NCBI GenBank assembly: GCA_030604405.1
Contig: JAUVVY010000004.1
Span: 86,853-150,852, forward strand
Origin: a bacterium
Lineage (GTDB): Bacteria > Armatimonadota > Zipacnadia > Zipacnadales > UBA11051
Reading direction: 5' to 3'
DNA length: 64,000 bases
Below the pieces are notes generated by a model. The model did not search any database. It had not been told where the DNA came from and saw only the letters and a program-made list of their open reading frames with translations. Both the position numbers and the translations under genes were made by a program. Every line of letters begins with the position of its first letter. The first letter of the stretch is position 1. Below are positions 19,327-28,914 of this stretch, one piece after another.

Positions 19327-19575
19327 CTGTAATTGTACAAATTCTGCTAACGGCTGGGCCGGATTCTCCGGTGCCACCCACTGCGCACTCACACCTCCGG
19401 TGTGGGTACCCGGCACCTCCGTATGCGGCCCCTCCGCAAAACAACGTCTAAGCCTTTGAGCGCGTAGGTCGGGCTTTCCAGCCCGACAGCCGTTGTCGTC
19501 CGGAGGGGCCGCATGGAGGTGAGTTTGCCTGCAAACTCACGGCCATCCGGCCCAAGACTTGTCACAGCACCAGCG
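19327..19575. mobile_element. MITE-like structured repeat, copy 1 (truncated, about 250 bp)
   Basis: Shares about 130 bp of core with 38939..39266: ...aacgtctaa.cctttgagcgcgtaggtcgggctttccagcccgacagccgttgtcgtccggaggggccg.atgg...atccggcccaagactt.tcaca. The left end ctgtaattgtacaaattctgct resembles the terminal inverted repeat of copy 2. The right end overlaps the last four codons and stop of gene 19562..21028. Confidence 0.6.
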
Positions 19576-21028
19576 GCCGGTAGCTCCAGGACTGCATCTT
19601 GCACAGCATGGCAATGCGGCTGTCGTCGTAGAAGGGCGGCGCATTGGTTGAGCCGGCACTGGCGTTCTGGAAGATCGGGTATTGAGCGCACTCGGGCAAG
19701 CCGCCGGTGGGCTGGACGGTGACTTGCTCGGGCAACTCATTTTGCGAAAAGGCCTGAGCCAGCGCCAGCAGGACCTCGCCCGGGCCGGCATCAACGGCGT
19801 GCGCGCGAATGGCATGAGGCGTGCGGTTGTGAGCCATGATGTAAGCGTACACCGAGCGGGCGGCGATAAGGTAATTCGCGCGCAGATATGTCACCGGCGC
19901 GGCCAGCTCCGGGACCGCCTCTACAGGCCCCAGGGTGCGCCGGATTTGCAGCTTGGCGGGCAGCTTGTTGTGCCGCATGACGTGCTCGCCAAGTGTCGCT
20001 AACAAGAACAGCGCATCCGCCGTGGACACGGTCGTATCGCCGGCTTTGAGCGCGTCGAATCTCTGCATCAAATCCCGGGCCATCTGCTGCACCTGGGCGA
20101 GGGTCAGCCACTGGCCGTCCGGCTCTTCGTGGCGCACATAGTAGTCTGCCAGCTTCATGACCTCGATATCATCGCGACTTGCCAGCCACTCGGCGGCGCG
20201 CCGCGTCCACTCGAAATGGGCCTCAGAATCAGCGGCGGTGCGCATCGCCGTCTTGCGCCACTGCCTGTCATGCGGGTAGTAGCCGACCGCCCCGTGCTCT
20301 TCGGTAATTCGGAATGGAATCGTGGCCTCGTACCAGCCCCACCATTCGGAGACCACCCAACAGGTGGGATGCCCCACGACATTGACGTGGTCATAGCCCT
20401 TCTCCAACTGCCGGTCGAAGGCTTCCTGGAATTGCCGCAACTGCTGCTCGGGATCCACGGCGGGCTTTTGTCGCTCCGGGTGCAGGGGATCGTATTCGAA
20501 GCTCCAGTCACCCTGGGGACCGACGACGCGCTTGGCTCGGCCCACAAACAGCGTGTCCATGACCCACGCATTGTGCGGCATGTCATCGCCGAAGCCGCCG
20601 TTGTTCACCCGCACTCCGCCCAAGCGCACCGCATACTGGGTCGCCGGGCTGTGGTTTGCCTGGTGCTGCACGTATGCAGTCGGGAATTGGCCTGTGACCT
20701 CGGCCACTTCGTTCAGGCCCGGGATTTCGATGCTGAGTGCCTTGCTCAGAGCCGTGTCCCAGTCATCGTTGGCCCCATAGACCAGCGCCGGCTCCGGGTA
20801 GTCGAACCAGTAGTTGCCGTGGTAGCAGATGTCGTGATCGGCCAGGGCGGCGGCGACATCATGCCGCCCGTTCAGCCGCATGAACCGCGCCTTCTGTCCG
20901 GCGAAAAAAAGATTCAGCGGTACGCCGACATCGCTGTGTATCTGGCAGAGCCGCAGCAGCGCATCGTCGGATTCGGGATTGTTCGCATCTTCAACATCAA
21001 GCCCTAAGAAAACAGGTATCCTAGCCAT
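19562..21028 (-). CDS. hypothetical protein, about 488 aa, possibly carbohydrate-active
   Basis: Start moved to the internal ATG (MARIPVFLGLDVEDANN) with RBS gaaggtga; the track start is a TTG. The C-terminal codons lie inside the MITE-like element. Confidence 0.45.
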   Translation of the reverse strand: MARIPVFLGLDVEDANNPESDDALLRLCQIHSDVGVPLNLFFAGQKARFMRLNGRHDVAAALADHDICYHGNYWFDYPEPALVYGANDDWDTALSKALSIEIPGLNEVAEVTGQFPTAYVQHQANHSPATQYAVRLGGVRVNNGGFGDDMPHNAWVMDTLFVGRAKRVVGPQGDWSFEYDPLHPERQKPAVDPEQQLRQFQEAFDRQLEKGYDHVNVVGHPTCWVVSEWWGWYEATIPFRITEEHGAVGYYPHDRQWRKTAMRTAADSEAHFEWTRRAAEWLASRDDIEVMKLADYYVRHEEPDGQWLTLAQVQQMARDLMQRFDALKAGDTTVSTADALFLLATLGEHVMRHNKLPAKLQIRRTLGPVEAVPELAAPVTYLRANYLIAARSVYAYIMAHNRTPHAIRAHAVDAGPGEVLLALAQAFSQNELPEQVTVQPTGGLPECAQYPIFQNASAGSTNAPPFYDDSRIAMLCKMQSWSYRPLVL

Positions 21029-21159
21029 GGCGGTCACCTTCGAATGCAGGAGGTTATGTGTGCACCTGCTATTTCCCCGTGGATGCCAACAGCCCTTGCG
21101 CACTTACACAAAGATGCAAAAGGCCGCACGTGTGCTCCCCAAGAAGCTGCTGGGCAGCT

Positions 21160-22302
21160 CTATTCGTACACCCCGTACTGCTTGCAGCACCGCCAGTAGG
21201 TTTCCAGGTTCTCCCTGGGCGTTCCCTCGCGGAAGCTGTCGGAGGAGCCGATGATGAAACCACCGCCGGGCTTGGCTATCTGCATCGCCTCGGCCACGGT
21301 CTGCTCGACCAGCTCCGGCGTGCCGTGTTTGATCACGTACAGCAGGTCCACATAGCCCTTGATGGTGGTCTTGTGCCCGATCTTGTCCTTGGCCTCGCGC
21401 AGGTCAAAATCGCCTACCGGCGGCGGCGTGCAGGTCTCCAGCACATCTATGCCGGTATCGGCAATCATCGCCATGCTGTCCGCGAGCTTGCCGTCATCAT
21501 AGAAATCGTAAGGAGCCCCGTATGAGTGGGTCAGCTCGACGTGCTCTTTAATCTCGGGGACAAAGATTTCCTGGTAGATCTTCGGCGACCAGCCGGCTGA
21601 GAGCGAATTGTAGTACCAGCTTCCGAATATGGCCTCTACACCGGCTTCGAGGGCGGCCCTAATGCGCTGCAGTGAACGCTCATGGAAAATGCCCAGCAGG
21701 CTGTCGAAGAACTCCCTGTCGTCGTAGTAGTCCATCATCAGCTCCTGCATGTCGCGCGCCTGGCCGGCATTGTGGTCCAGGGAGCTGCGTATGCAGACGA
21801 GAACGATGCCGCGGTCGCCGATGATCTCCTTGGTCTGGTGGTAGTAGTCGAAGTCGGTGCTTATTTCCGGCAATATGTAGGCGAGGCTCTCCAGGTCTTC
21901 AGCGGCCTTGACCAGATACTCGGTCTTTATTGCGTTGGGCGAGACGCCGTATTCGCGGCCCGACGGCGGGATCTTGGTGCGGTCTGAGAGGTCTCCCGCC
22001 GGGGTCTGAAAGACTCTCTCTACGACCTTATAGGCGCCCTCTTCGTAGCGTTTCTGCTCAACCTCCACCTCGGGCAGATCGTATTCGTCCGGGTAGCTGG
22101 TTACGTAGTCGCGAGTGCCGTCCCCAAGGATGTGCATGTAGTCCAGGTCGGGGAGCATCCCAAGCTCTTTTTCCAGGGGCACCGAGCCATACTCGGAGAG
22201 GAGCCATGCCGCATACCGCGGCGATATCGGCACGCGGTCGGGTTCCTCATGTCGCATCGTAGTCAGCAGCCGCTCACGTCCTGTCATTTCAGCTTTTGGC
22301 AT
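21160..22302 (-). CDS. uroporphyrinogen-decarboxylase (URO-D) family protein
   Basis: About 380 aa URO-D/MtaA-like fold. The start could be the GTG at 22311 or the ATG at 22302 (RBS agggtgag). Confidence 0.6.
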   Translation of the reverse strand: MPKAEMTGRERLLTTMRHEEPDRVPISPRYAAWLLSEYGSVPLEKELGMLPDLDYMHILGDGTRDYVTSYPDEYDLPEVEVEQKRYEEGAYKVVERVFQTPAGDLSDRTKIPPSGREYGVSPNAIKTEYLVKAAEDLESLAYILPEISTDFDYYHQTKEIIGDRGIVLVCIRSSLDHNAGQARDMQELMMDYYDDREFFDSLLGIFHERSLQRIRAALEAGVEAIFGSWYYNSLSAGWSPKIYQEIFVPEIKEHVELTHSYGAPYDFYDDGKLADSMAMIADTGIDVLETCTPPPVGDFDLREAKDKIGHKTTIKGYVDLLYVIKHGTPELVEQTVAEAMQIAKPGGGFIIGSSDSFREGTPRENLETYWRCCKQYGVYE

Positions 22303-22320
22303 TGCTCTCACCCTTTCGGT

Positions 22321-22418
22321 AAATTGGGGACAGTCACCTATTTCTTCGCATTTCCGCAGTCTCCACTCGTATTCCTGTACGGGGTAAATTGGCTGAAATA
22401 GGTGACTGTCCCCAATTT
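22321..22418. repeat. copy C of IR-flanked 5'-leader element (98 bp, perfect 24-bp arms)
   Basis: aaattggggacagtcacctatttc ... gaaataggtgactgtccccaattt, interior agtctccactcgtattcctgtacgggg. It lies directly upstream (minus strand) of the RBS and start of 21160..22302. Its other end overlaps the stop codon of 22417..23076. Confidence 0.7.
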
Positions 22419-23076
22419 ACAGAGCCTCTAACTCCTCATTAACTGTTCTCACCATTGCATCGAGAACGGTCGCAAACCGAGTCTGTCCGTACTCCACAGT
22501 GGCATCCACGCAGTCCTCGCTGATGCCATCGAGCGCATCGGGCCTGTCGAGTTGCTCCATGTCCACCAACTCGGGCCTCATGTGCAGCATCGCGGAGGTC
22601 TCGATGATGCCGGCGTGTTCGCTACGAGGGTCTGTGGGGTGCAGGTTGAAGGGATCGAGCAGAATGATTTTCGATGCCGGGTGCCTGGCCATATACGCGT
22701 CAGCGATGCCCTGGATCAGCAGGCCCTGAACACGCGGGTAATGGCCGGTGCAGGCTACGATCAGCTTGAAGCCCTGCTGGTCGAGCTGGCTGAGCACATC
22801 GGCGACGATGCCGGCGATGGTCCCGTTGCTGAGCAAGAGCGAGCCGGGCCAGCCTACGTGTCCCTCAGTGCCCCAGAAGGTGGGCGGCAAGACCACGCCG
22901 CCGGTCTGCTGGGCCGCCTGCAGGCAGAGCTCGTGCGCGTGCATTGCATCGAAGCCGAACGGCAGATGGAAGCCGTGATACTCCAGCGACCCGATGGGAA
23001 AATAGACCAAAGGCGTCTGCTCGCGGACGGCTGCAAGCTCGTCCGGTCGCATTTCCTCATATCGGACTTTTCTCAT
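22417..23076 (-). CDS. creatininase-family amidohydrolase
   Basis: PIGSLEYHGFHLPFGFD (creatininase metal-binding motif). 219 aa. Confidence 0.65.
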   Translation of the reverse strand: MRKVRYEEMRPDELAAVREQTPLVYFPIGSLEYHGFHLPFGFDAMHAHELCLQAAQQTGGVVLPPTFWGTEGHVGWPGSLLLSNGTIAGIVADVLSQLDQQGFKLIVACTGHYPRVQGLLIQGIADAYMARHPASKIILLDPFNLHPTDPRSEHAGIIETSAMLHMRPELVDMEQLDRPDALDGISEDCVDATVEYGQTRFATVLDAMVRTVNEELEAL

Positions 23077-23364
23077 GCTTGGCGCTTTCTGTGCGAGTGG
23101 ACTTGACGGCCAGGCAGTGCGTCAAATCGTATTTCGACTGCCGGCCTTGTTGCGTTCACCTCTTGGGGACCATTCTCCTCCCCTGTGAATTCACTCTGGT
23201 CGGTCACTGGTAGCGCTGCTCTGTTGCCAGCAACAACACAGAGCCGAATCTGAGCAGGGAAGCTGGCGTTGTATGGCGAAGCGGAGGGCAGTTCGAGGAC
23301 TTTCGCGGAGCTTTCGACGCCAAAGCCGACATCTCGGTGAGCAACTGAAGGGAGTAGCTGTGCA

Positions 23365-24381
23365 ATGAAAAAGGCAGTGATAACAGGCGAGCGAAAAGCT
23401 GCGCTGGTGGAAGCCCCAGACCCCCAGCCGAAGGCCGACTGGGCGCTGGTAAAGGTCCATGCCGCACCTATGTGCACCGAGTACAAAGCCTTTGTCGCCG
23501 GTACTGAGCAAGAATTCCTTGGGCACGAAGCCGCCGGGGAAGTGGCAGCGGTGGCGCAGCCCGGGCCGGTCAAGGTCGGGGACCGGGTGGTGGTGATGCC
23601 ACAATTCCCCTGCGGAAGATGTTGGCTCTGCCTGGCCGGGGACTACATCCACTGTCAGAACAATTATGATTTCGGCGCCTTCACCGGTTCGCGAGAAGGG
23701 CAAGGCACTATGGCGCAGTATGTGCTCAAGCCCGGCTGGCTTCTTCTTCCCATTCCTGACGGCATCTCGTATGAGCACGCTTCATTGGCCTGCTGCGCTC
23801 TGGGAGCAACATTCGGCGCTTTCGACACGATGGGAGTTGACGCCTTTGATACGATGCTAATCGCCGGGGCCGGCCCGGTCGGACTCGGCGCGGTGGTCAA
23901 CGCCTGCTATCGTGGCGCTCGTGTAATCGTTGCAGAGCCCCACCCCTGGCGAGCAAAGCGGGCAGAGCAATTGGGCGCTGAGGTCGTCCTGGACCCTCAC
24001 GGCGAGGATTTGGCCGGCCAGATTGGGGAATTGACGCAGGGCAAGGGTGTGGATAAAGCACTTGACTGCTGCGGTGCGCTGGAGGCTCAAAGGCTATGTA
24101 TTGAGGCCACTCGGCGAAAGGGCAAGGTGGCCTTTGTGGGCCAGAGCATGGAGGACTTGCCGATCAAGACGACTCTTGATTTGATTACCGCAGGGCTGAC
24201 CCTGTACGGCTCGTGGCATTACAACATTTCTTTGTATCCCAAGGTCATGCAGGTCATTCAAGAGTCGCCAGTAATCGAGCGTCTGATAAGCCACGTACTG
24301 CCTATGACTGAGATACAGCAGGCAATGGAGCTGTCGGCGTCGCATGAATGTGCCAAGATAATCCTCAAGCCGTGGGAGTGA
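23365..24381 (+). CDS. zinc-dependent alcohol dehydrogenase (MDR family, threonine/sorbitol-dehydrogenase-like)
   Basis: GHEAAGEV, CGRCWLCLAGDYIHC structural-zinc motif, GAGPVGLG Rossmann motif. Confidence 0.8.
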   Translation: MKKAVITGERKAALVEAPDPQPKADWALVKVHAAPMCTEYKAFVAGTEQEFLGHEAAGEVAAVAQPGPVKVGDRVVVMPQFPCGRCWLCLAGDYIHCQNNYDFGAFTGSREGQGTMAQYVLKPGWLLLPIPDGISYEHASLACCALGATFGAFDTMGVDAFDTMLIAGAGPVGLGAVVNACYRGARVIVAEPHPWRAKRAEQLGAEVVLDPHGEDLAGQIGELTQGKGVDKALDCCGALEAQRLCIEATRRKGKVAFVGQSMEDLPIKTTLDLITAGLTLYGSWHYNISLYPKVMQVIQESPVIERLISHVLPMTEIQQAMELSASHECAKIILKPWE

Positions 24382-24470
24382 GAGGCTTGGGCTCGAAACC
24401 TGACTGAAGGACAAAGTGTCTCACAGCCGTGCAAAACGCAGTAGATGCGAACTCACCAGGAGGGTCTGCT

Positions 24471-25472
24471 ATGACCGTCAGATGGGGCATTATTGGCTGT
24501 GGTAATGTTGCGGAATACAAGGGCGGGCCGGCGCTTTATAGTGCGGAAAATTCCGAACTGGTCGCAGTGATGCGCCGCGATGAAAAACTCGCCGCCGACT
24601 TCGCCCAGCGGCATGGGGCCAAGCGCCACTACTCGGCCGTCGAAGAGATCCTGGCCGATGAGGAAGTCAACGCCGTCTATGTCGCTACGCCGCCGCATGT
24701 GCACGCCGAGCAGACTATCGCCGCCGCCGAAGCGGGCAAGCACGTGCTGTGCGAGAAACCGATGGCGATGAATGTGACCGAGTGCCGGTCTATGATCTCC
24801 GCGTGCCAGGACAACGGTGTGCAACTCATGATCGCCTACTACCGGCGGTTCTGGCCGATCGCACAGAAGATGAAACAGCTCCTGGACGAAGGTGCGGTCG
24901 GGAGGCCGACAATCGCCCGCGCGCATTGCGCCTGCCTGTGGCAGCCACCTGAGGATGCCTCGAGCTTCTGGCGCATCCAGCCCGAAATCGCCGGCGGGGG
25001 CTTTCTATGGGACATCGGCGCACACCGGCTGGATCTGCTGCTGCAGATGATGGGCGATGTCGATTCGCTGGGTGCGCTCGTGGACGCCCTACACTTTGAC
25101 ATCGAGGTGGATGACTCAAGTTCGCTGGTGATGCAGTTTGCCAGTGGCGCGCACGGCATCGGCATGTTCTACTGGAACGTCGGCGCGAATATAGATATGT
25201 TGGAAGTAGCCGGGCCCGGCGGTCGGCTGATTGCCACCGATCTGGGCGCGGGCAACCTGACACTTATGCAGGCCGATAAGACCGAAGAATTTCACCTGCC
25301 GCCGCCGAAAATCACGCACCTGCCGCTGATCGAGCACTACGTGCAGTGCCTCCTCTCGGGGGAGCCTAATGCGCTTCCGGGCGAGGCAGGAATGAAGACA
25401 ACCGCGATCATCGAAGCGAGCGAGAAGTCTTCGAGAAGCGCGACCTTCATCAAACTCAAAAGCCTCGTTTAG
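24471..25472 (+). CDS. Gfo/Idh/MocA family oxidoreductase
   Basis: VRWGIIGCGNVA, EKPMA motifs. Start at Met15 of the track ORF, with RBS aggaggg. Confidence 0.8.
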   Translation: MTVRWGIIGCGNVAEYKGGPALYSAENSELVAVMRRDEKLAADFAQRHGAKRHYSAVEEILADEEVNAVYVATPPHVHAEQTIAAAEAGKHVLCEKPMAMNVTECRSMISACQDNGVQLMIAYYRRFWPIAQKMKQLLDEGAVGRPTIARAHCACLWQPPEDASSFWRIQPEIAGGGFLWDIGAHRLDLLLQMMGDVDSLGALVDALHFDIEVDDSSSLVMQFASGAHGIGMFYWNVGANIDMLEVAGPGGRLIATDLGAGNLTLMQADKTEEFHLPPPKITHLPLIEHYVQCLLSGEPNALPGEAGMKTTAIIEASEKSSRSATFIKLKSLV

Positions 25473-25508
25473 GAGGACAGCGCCTGGCTTGCGTTCACAG
25501 GAGAGGTG

Positions 25509-26774
25509 TCACGCCGATTGTGGCTCCACGATCAGGCGACGGGCCTGATGAACGGCGACCGTGGTCGCGTCGCCGCCAACATACTCCTGTGCCCAGGCCA
25601 TAGCTTGCATCGGATCGGAAGTCGCACGAACGAACGTCCCACCAAGCTCGTCCACGAAGTGCTCTCCCACAAGCGCGATAACAGCCGCCTGGCGGTCAAC
25701 CACTGGCTTGGCCAATATCCTGGCCCCGTGAGCGCCTAAAGAGAACAGCTCACGTTTCATGACCTCGACAACAATCTCTTCGGGGGTAAATTGCTTAAGC
25801 CACTTCACGAAAGTATCCTCAGCCCCCCAGCCCTCTTCAGTCTCCGACACCATGACGATCGCGCCGCCCGGTTTGACCAGCTCATAGGCAGGAATGATCG
25901 TCTTCTTTCCCTGCACCAGGTCACAATCGTACGGATAGCCGCCTGCCGAAGAGATGATTATGTCCGCCATCGGGCCCGGCACGCGAAAAATCTGCTTTGA
26001 CAGCCTGCAACCCTCTCGGTGTGCCTGGCAGCGATCGCCGGCGACGATGGCGGTGTCCTCGTCGTTGGGGCCCACGACTGAATAGACGATGAAATCCAGT
26101 GGCATGTCGCGAGCGAATTCCTCCATGTCCTCACTAATCGGATTTCCGTCGAGCACGCCGACGCGGCAGGCCGGATCGGTAATCAGGTAGTGATTGGCGT
26201 CTATCGCTTCGTGCCAGGCCATGCCGGGCATAAGCATCTTGCGAGAGCCCGAAAACCCGGCCAGATAAGTCGGCTCGATGATGCCGACGGCCAGCACCAG
26301 ATCGTGCTCGAAGATGGCGCTATTGACCTTGATCGGAGTGCCTCTGGAGGTCCGTCCGCGGTCCACATGGGCCGCGGGGTCGAATGAATCATGTTGGATT
26401 ATCGGATAGGTCGAGCAGATCTGCTGGCCAAGGTGTTGGCGCATCTCATCTTCGGTCATCGGGCGGTGGCGCCCGGCGGCTATGGCGATGGTCGGCCGGA
26501 CCGAGGCCTGCGCCAGCACCTCCAAAACCGGCTCCAGAAGCGGCCCGGGTGAGGGGCGCGTGTAGTCAACCGTCAGTATCAGGGCAGTGTCCGCCCCAGC
26601 GGCCATCTCGGACAAGGGCTTGCTCCCGATCGGGTCGGCCAGGGCCGCACGCACGGCCTCTCGTACATCATCCAGCGCCGTCACTGGCCGTGGCTGCACA
26701 TGTCCCAGGAAGTGCTCATCGGGCACCTCAAACTCGACTGTGCCACGGCCAAATGCGAGCGTGACGGAAGCCAT
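25509..26774 (-). CDS. LarA-like nickel-dependent lactate racemase family protein (DUF2088)
   Basis: N-terminal MASVTLAFGRGTVEFEVPD. About 420 aa LarA-like architecture. Start at internal Met14. Confidence 0.55.
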   Translation of the reverse strand: MASVTLAFGRGTVEFEVPDEHFLGHVQPRPVTALDDVREAVRAALADPIGSKPLSEMAAGADTALILTVDYTRPSPGPLLEPVLEVLAQASVRPTIAIAAGRHRPMTEDEMRQHLGQQICSTYPIIQHDSFDPAAHVDRGRTSRGTPIKVNSAIFEHDLVLAVGIIEPTYLAGFSGSRKMLMPGMAWHEAIDANHYLITDPACRVGVLDGNPISEDMEEFARDMPLDFIVYSVVGPNDEDTAIVAGDRCQAHREGCRLSKQIFRVPGPMADIIISSAGGYPYDCDLVQGKKTIIPAYELVKPGGAIVMVSETEEGWGAEDTFVKWLKQFTPEEIVVEVMKRELFSLGAHGARILAKPVVDRQAAVIALVGEHFVDELGGTFVRATSDPMQAMAWAQEYVGGDATTVAVHQARRLIVEPQSA

Positions 26775-26825
26775 GAGCAGTTGCCTCCCGTGCAACGACA
26801 CTCTTATGCCCATCTGTGCAGGTTA

Positions 26826-28802
26826 TTACCCGTCGTCTGCTAGCTCCAGCCTTTGCACCCATGCCCAGTAGCTGTCGCCCAGACGCTTGATACCCCACCA
26901 CACCAGGCCTATCAATATCCCGATCCACAGGCCGTGGGCGACGCGCACCAGCGACACTGCAAGCGGCGTGTGCATGTGACAGAAGGTATTGAACAGTGAC
27001 ACCTGCGATATCGCGCCGACGGCCACCAACGGCCAGGCAATCTTGCGGCGCTGGTGCAGAAGCAGCATGATGCCGACGAAAAGCGCCGGGTAGCCGAGCA
27101 ATATCTCCTTGGTGCGCGGCCGCACAACCAACAACTTGTCGAGCGCGGCCCGCAATTGTATTTCGAGGCCGCTGGCTCCGATGCTCGCCTCATTGCCCGA
27201 CCGCATCAGCATGTAGCCCAGCGTCGCTGCGGCCAGCACTATCAGCGCCACATGCCAATACTTGACGACCTCGGCGCCGATTTCGCCAAGGCCCGCCTTC
27301 AGCGCCTGCCATCGTGGTCGCGATGCAGCAGTCTTAGCGTAGCTCTCAGTGGCTCGCACGGCAAGGATAAGCAATAGCGCCGCCAGCGGTAGCAGTTGCG
27401 CAAGCTTTACACCCCGGAACTGCTCGATCTTGATCAGATGCATGGTGTCAGTCAGCGCCGCCGCGCAGAGCAACCCGCCGATGGCCGTGACCAGGGCAGT
27501 GCGGGCGGTCAGGCCGACTGCCCATAGGATCTTGACGCCGCGTTTGCTCTGGTTCATCTCCGGATAGCTCGGCGCGATGAGCGATATTGCCAATATCGGG
27601 AAGATCAGCGCGGCGGCCAGCGCCACCAGCGGCCGTGCCATTGCAGGAGCCAGAGCGGGCACGGCCACTGCCAGCAGCAGGCCCGCGCCCGCCATCGGCC
27701 AGAATATCCGCGCCGGCAACTCTTTCAAGGTCTGCTGGAGCCACAAGAACCCGCCCAGCACGGCAAGGGCGATGAGAATCAGGGCCGCCGCCGGGGCCGC
27801 AACATCGGAAAACATTGCCGGTTTGCCCAATGCGTAACCATGCTCCTGCAGGGCGGCAGCGATGCTGCCTATGTGGTCGGCGTTTGTTGCGGCCAGGTCG
27901 TCGGCGCCGGTAAAGATAAGTCGCACGTAGCACAGTCGCACCTTGCGCTCGGTCACCGCCAGCAGGAAGCGGTCAAATGCCCGCTGCGGCGACATCTGCT
28001 CCATCTCCTCTGCCGAGACGCTGTGGCAGCGCACCACCTGGCCGTCCAGCGCACGCGCCAGTGTGTATTCGCCTTCCTGCGGCACCAGTTCGATCATGCC
28101 GAAGTCCAGCCCGTACTCGCTGAGCCGCTGGGCGGTGTATTGAAGCAGTCCGCGGCTGCCCAGCACCTTGATGCCATTGAAGATAACCAGTTGCGCCCCG
28201 GCGTCCTTAGCGGATTTGAGCGAATAATCAACGGCCTGCTCACTGAAGCAGTAGTCAGGAATCGGGCGGGCCACAAGCTGCAGCCCGCTTTCCTTAATCG
28301 CCTCCAGCGCAACCGGATCGTAGCCGACACCGATGGCCCTGAAGACAGTTACGTCCCCGTTGAAAACGCCGTCCGGAACCACTGGCGTCCGCACTATCCT
28401 GGGTCTTGCTGGATTGGGAATCGCACCGGCCGACCACTCATCGGCCCTCAGCCCTGGCAGTTTTGCCTGCAGTGCCTCCATGTAGGCACGGCGTCCCTCC
28501 CCGAATATCGCCGTTTGCCCGAAGCTGAACGATACGTTGATGCGGTCGGAAAGCAGCAGATCGCCGAGAGCAGTCTCCGTCAGAGCGACATGAGTCGCCC
28601 CCGCCTGCTTAAGCTCGGCGAGCTGTTTGTCCACTGATTTCCCGGTCAGCGCGGCCAGCCGCTCCGCCTCCCGATAATCCAAGCACACCGCCACCTGTGG
28701 GTTGCTGCTTTCGCTGCCGATGCGGACATAGGCCATCCAGAGCGAAGCGACCAAGCCGATTATGACAATGGCGGCGATGAAGTCTCGCTCATTCTTCTTC
28801 AT
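26826..28802 (-). CDS. large membrane protein (periplasmic N-domain plus about 10 C-terminal TM helices), hypothetical (DUF5693-like?)
   Basis: Start moved to MKKNERDF (RBS gggaga). The track N-extension GTVPSGTVP is encoded by a direct 11-mer repeat in the leader. Confidence 0.5.
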   Translation of the reverse strand: MKKNERDFIAAIVIIGLVASLWMAYVRIGSESSNPQVAVCLDYREAERLAALTGKSVDKQLAELKQAGATHVALTETALGDLLLSDRINVSFSFGQTAIFGEGRRAYMEALQAKLPGLRADEWSAGAIPNPARPRIVRTPVVPDGVFNGDVTVFRAIGVGYDPVALEAIKESGLQLVARPIPDYCFSEQAVDYSLKSAKDAGAQLVIFNGIKVLGSRGLLQYTAQRLSEYGLDFGMIELVPQEGEYTLARALDGQVVRCHSVSAEEMEQMSPQRAFDRFLLAVTERKVRLCYVRLIFTGADDLAATNADHIGSIAAALQEHGYALGKPAMFSDVAAPAAALILIALAVLGGFLWLQQTLKELPARIFWPMAGAGLLLAVAVPALAPAMARPLVALAAALIFPILAISLIAPSYPEMNQSKRGVKILWAVGLTARTALVTAIGGLLCAAALTDTMHLIKIEQFRGVKLAQLLPLAALLLILAVRATESYAKTAASRPRWQALKAGLGEIGAEVVKYWHVALIVLAAATLGYMLMRSGNEASIGASGLEIQLRAALDKLLVVRPRTKEILLGYPALFVGIMLLLHQRRKIAWPLVAVGAISQVSLFNTFCHMHTPLAVSLVRVAHGLWIGILIGLVWWGIKRLGDSYWAWVQRLELADDG

Positions 28803-28914
28803 AGAGATCTCCCGCACTGCGCGGATAGCAGTGTTATCAAGCGGCTGGTACGGCCTGGCCTGATGAGCGGGGACAGTCCCTGAAGGGACAGTCCCCCAGA
28901 GCATTCAGAATTCT

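Noticed and set aside
23077-23364. Inverted repeats (ggccaggcagt...actgccggcc; gctctgttg...caacacagagc) in the divergent creatininase/ADH promoter region
   Set aside because: The stems are short and imperfect. They are plausible operator or terminator-like structures but there is nothing distinctive, so I did not list them as features.
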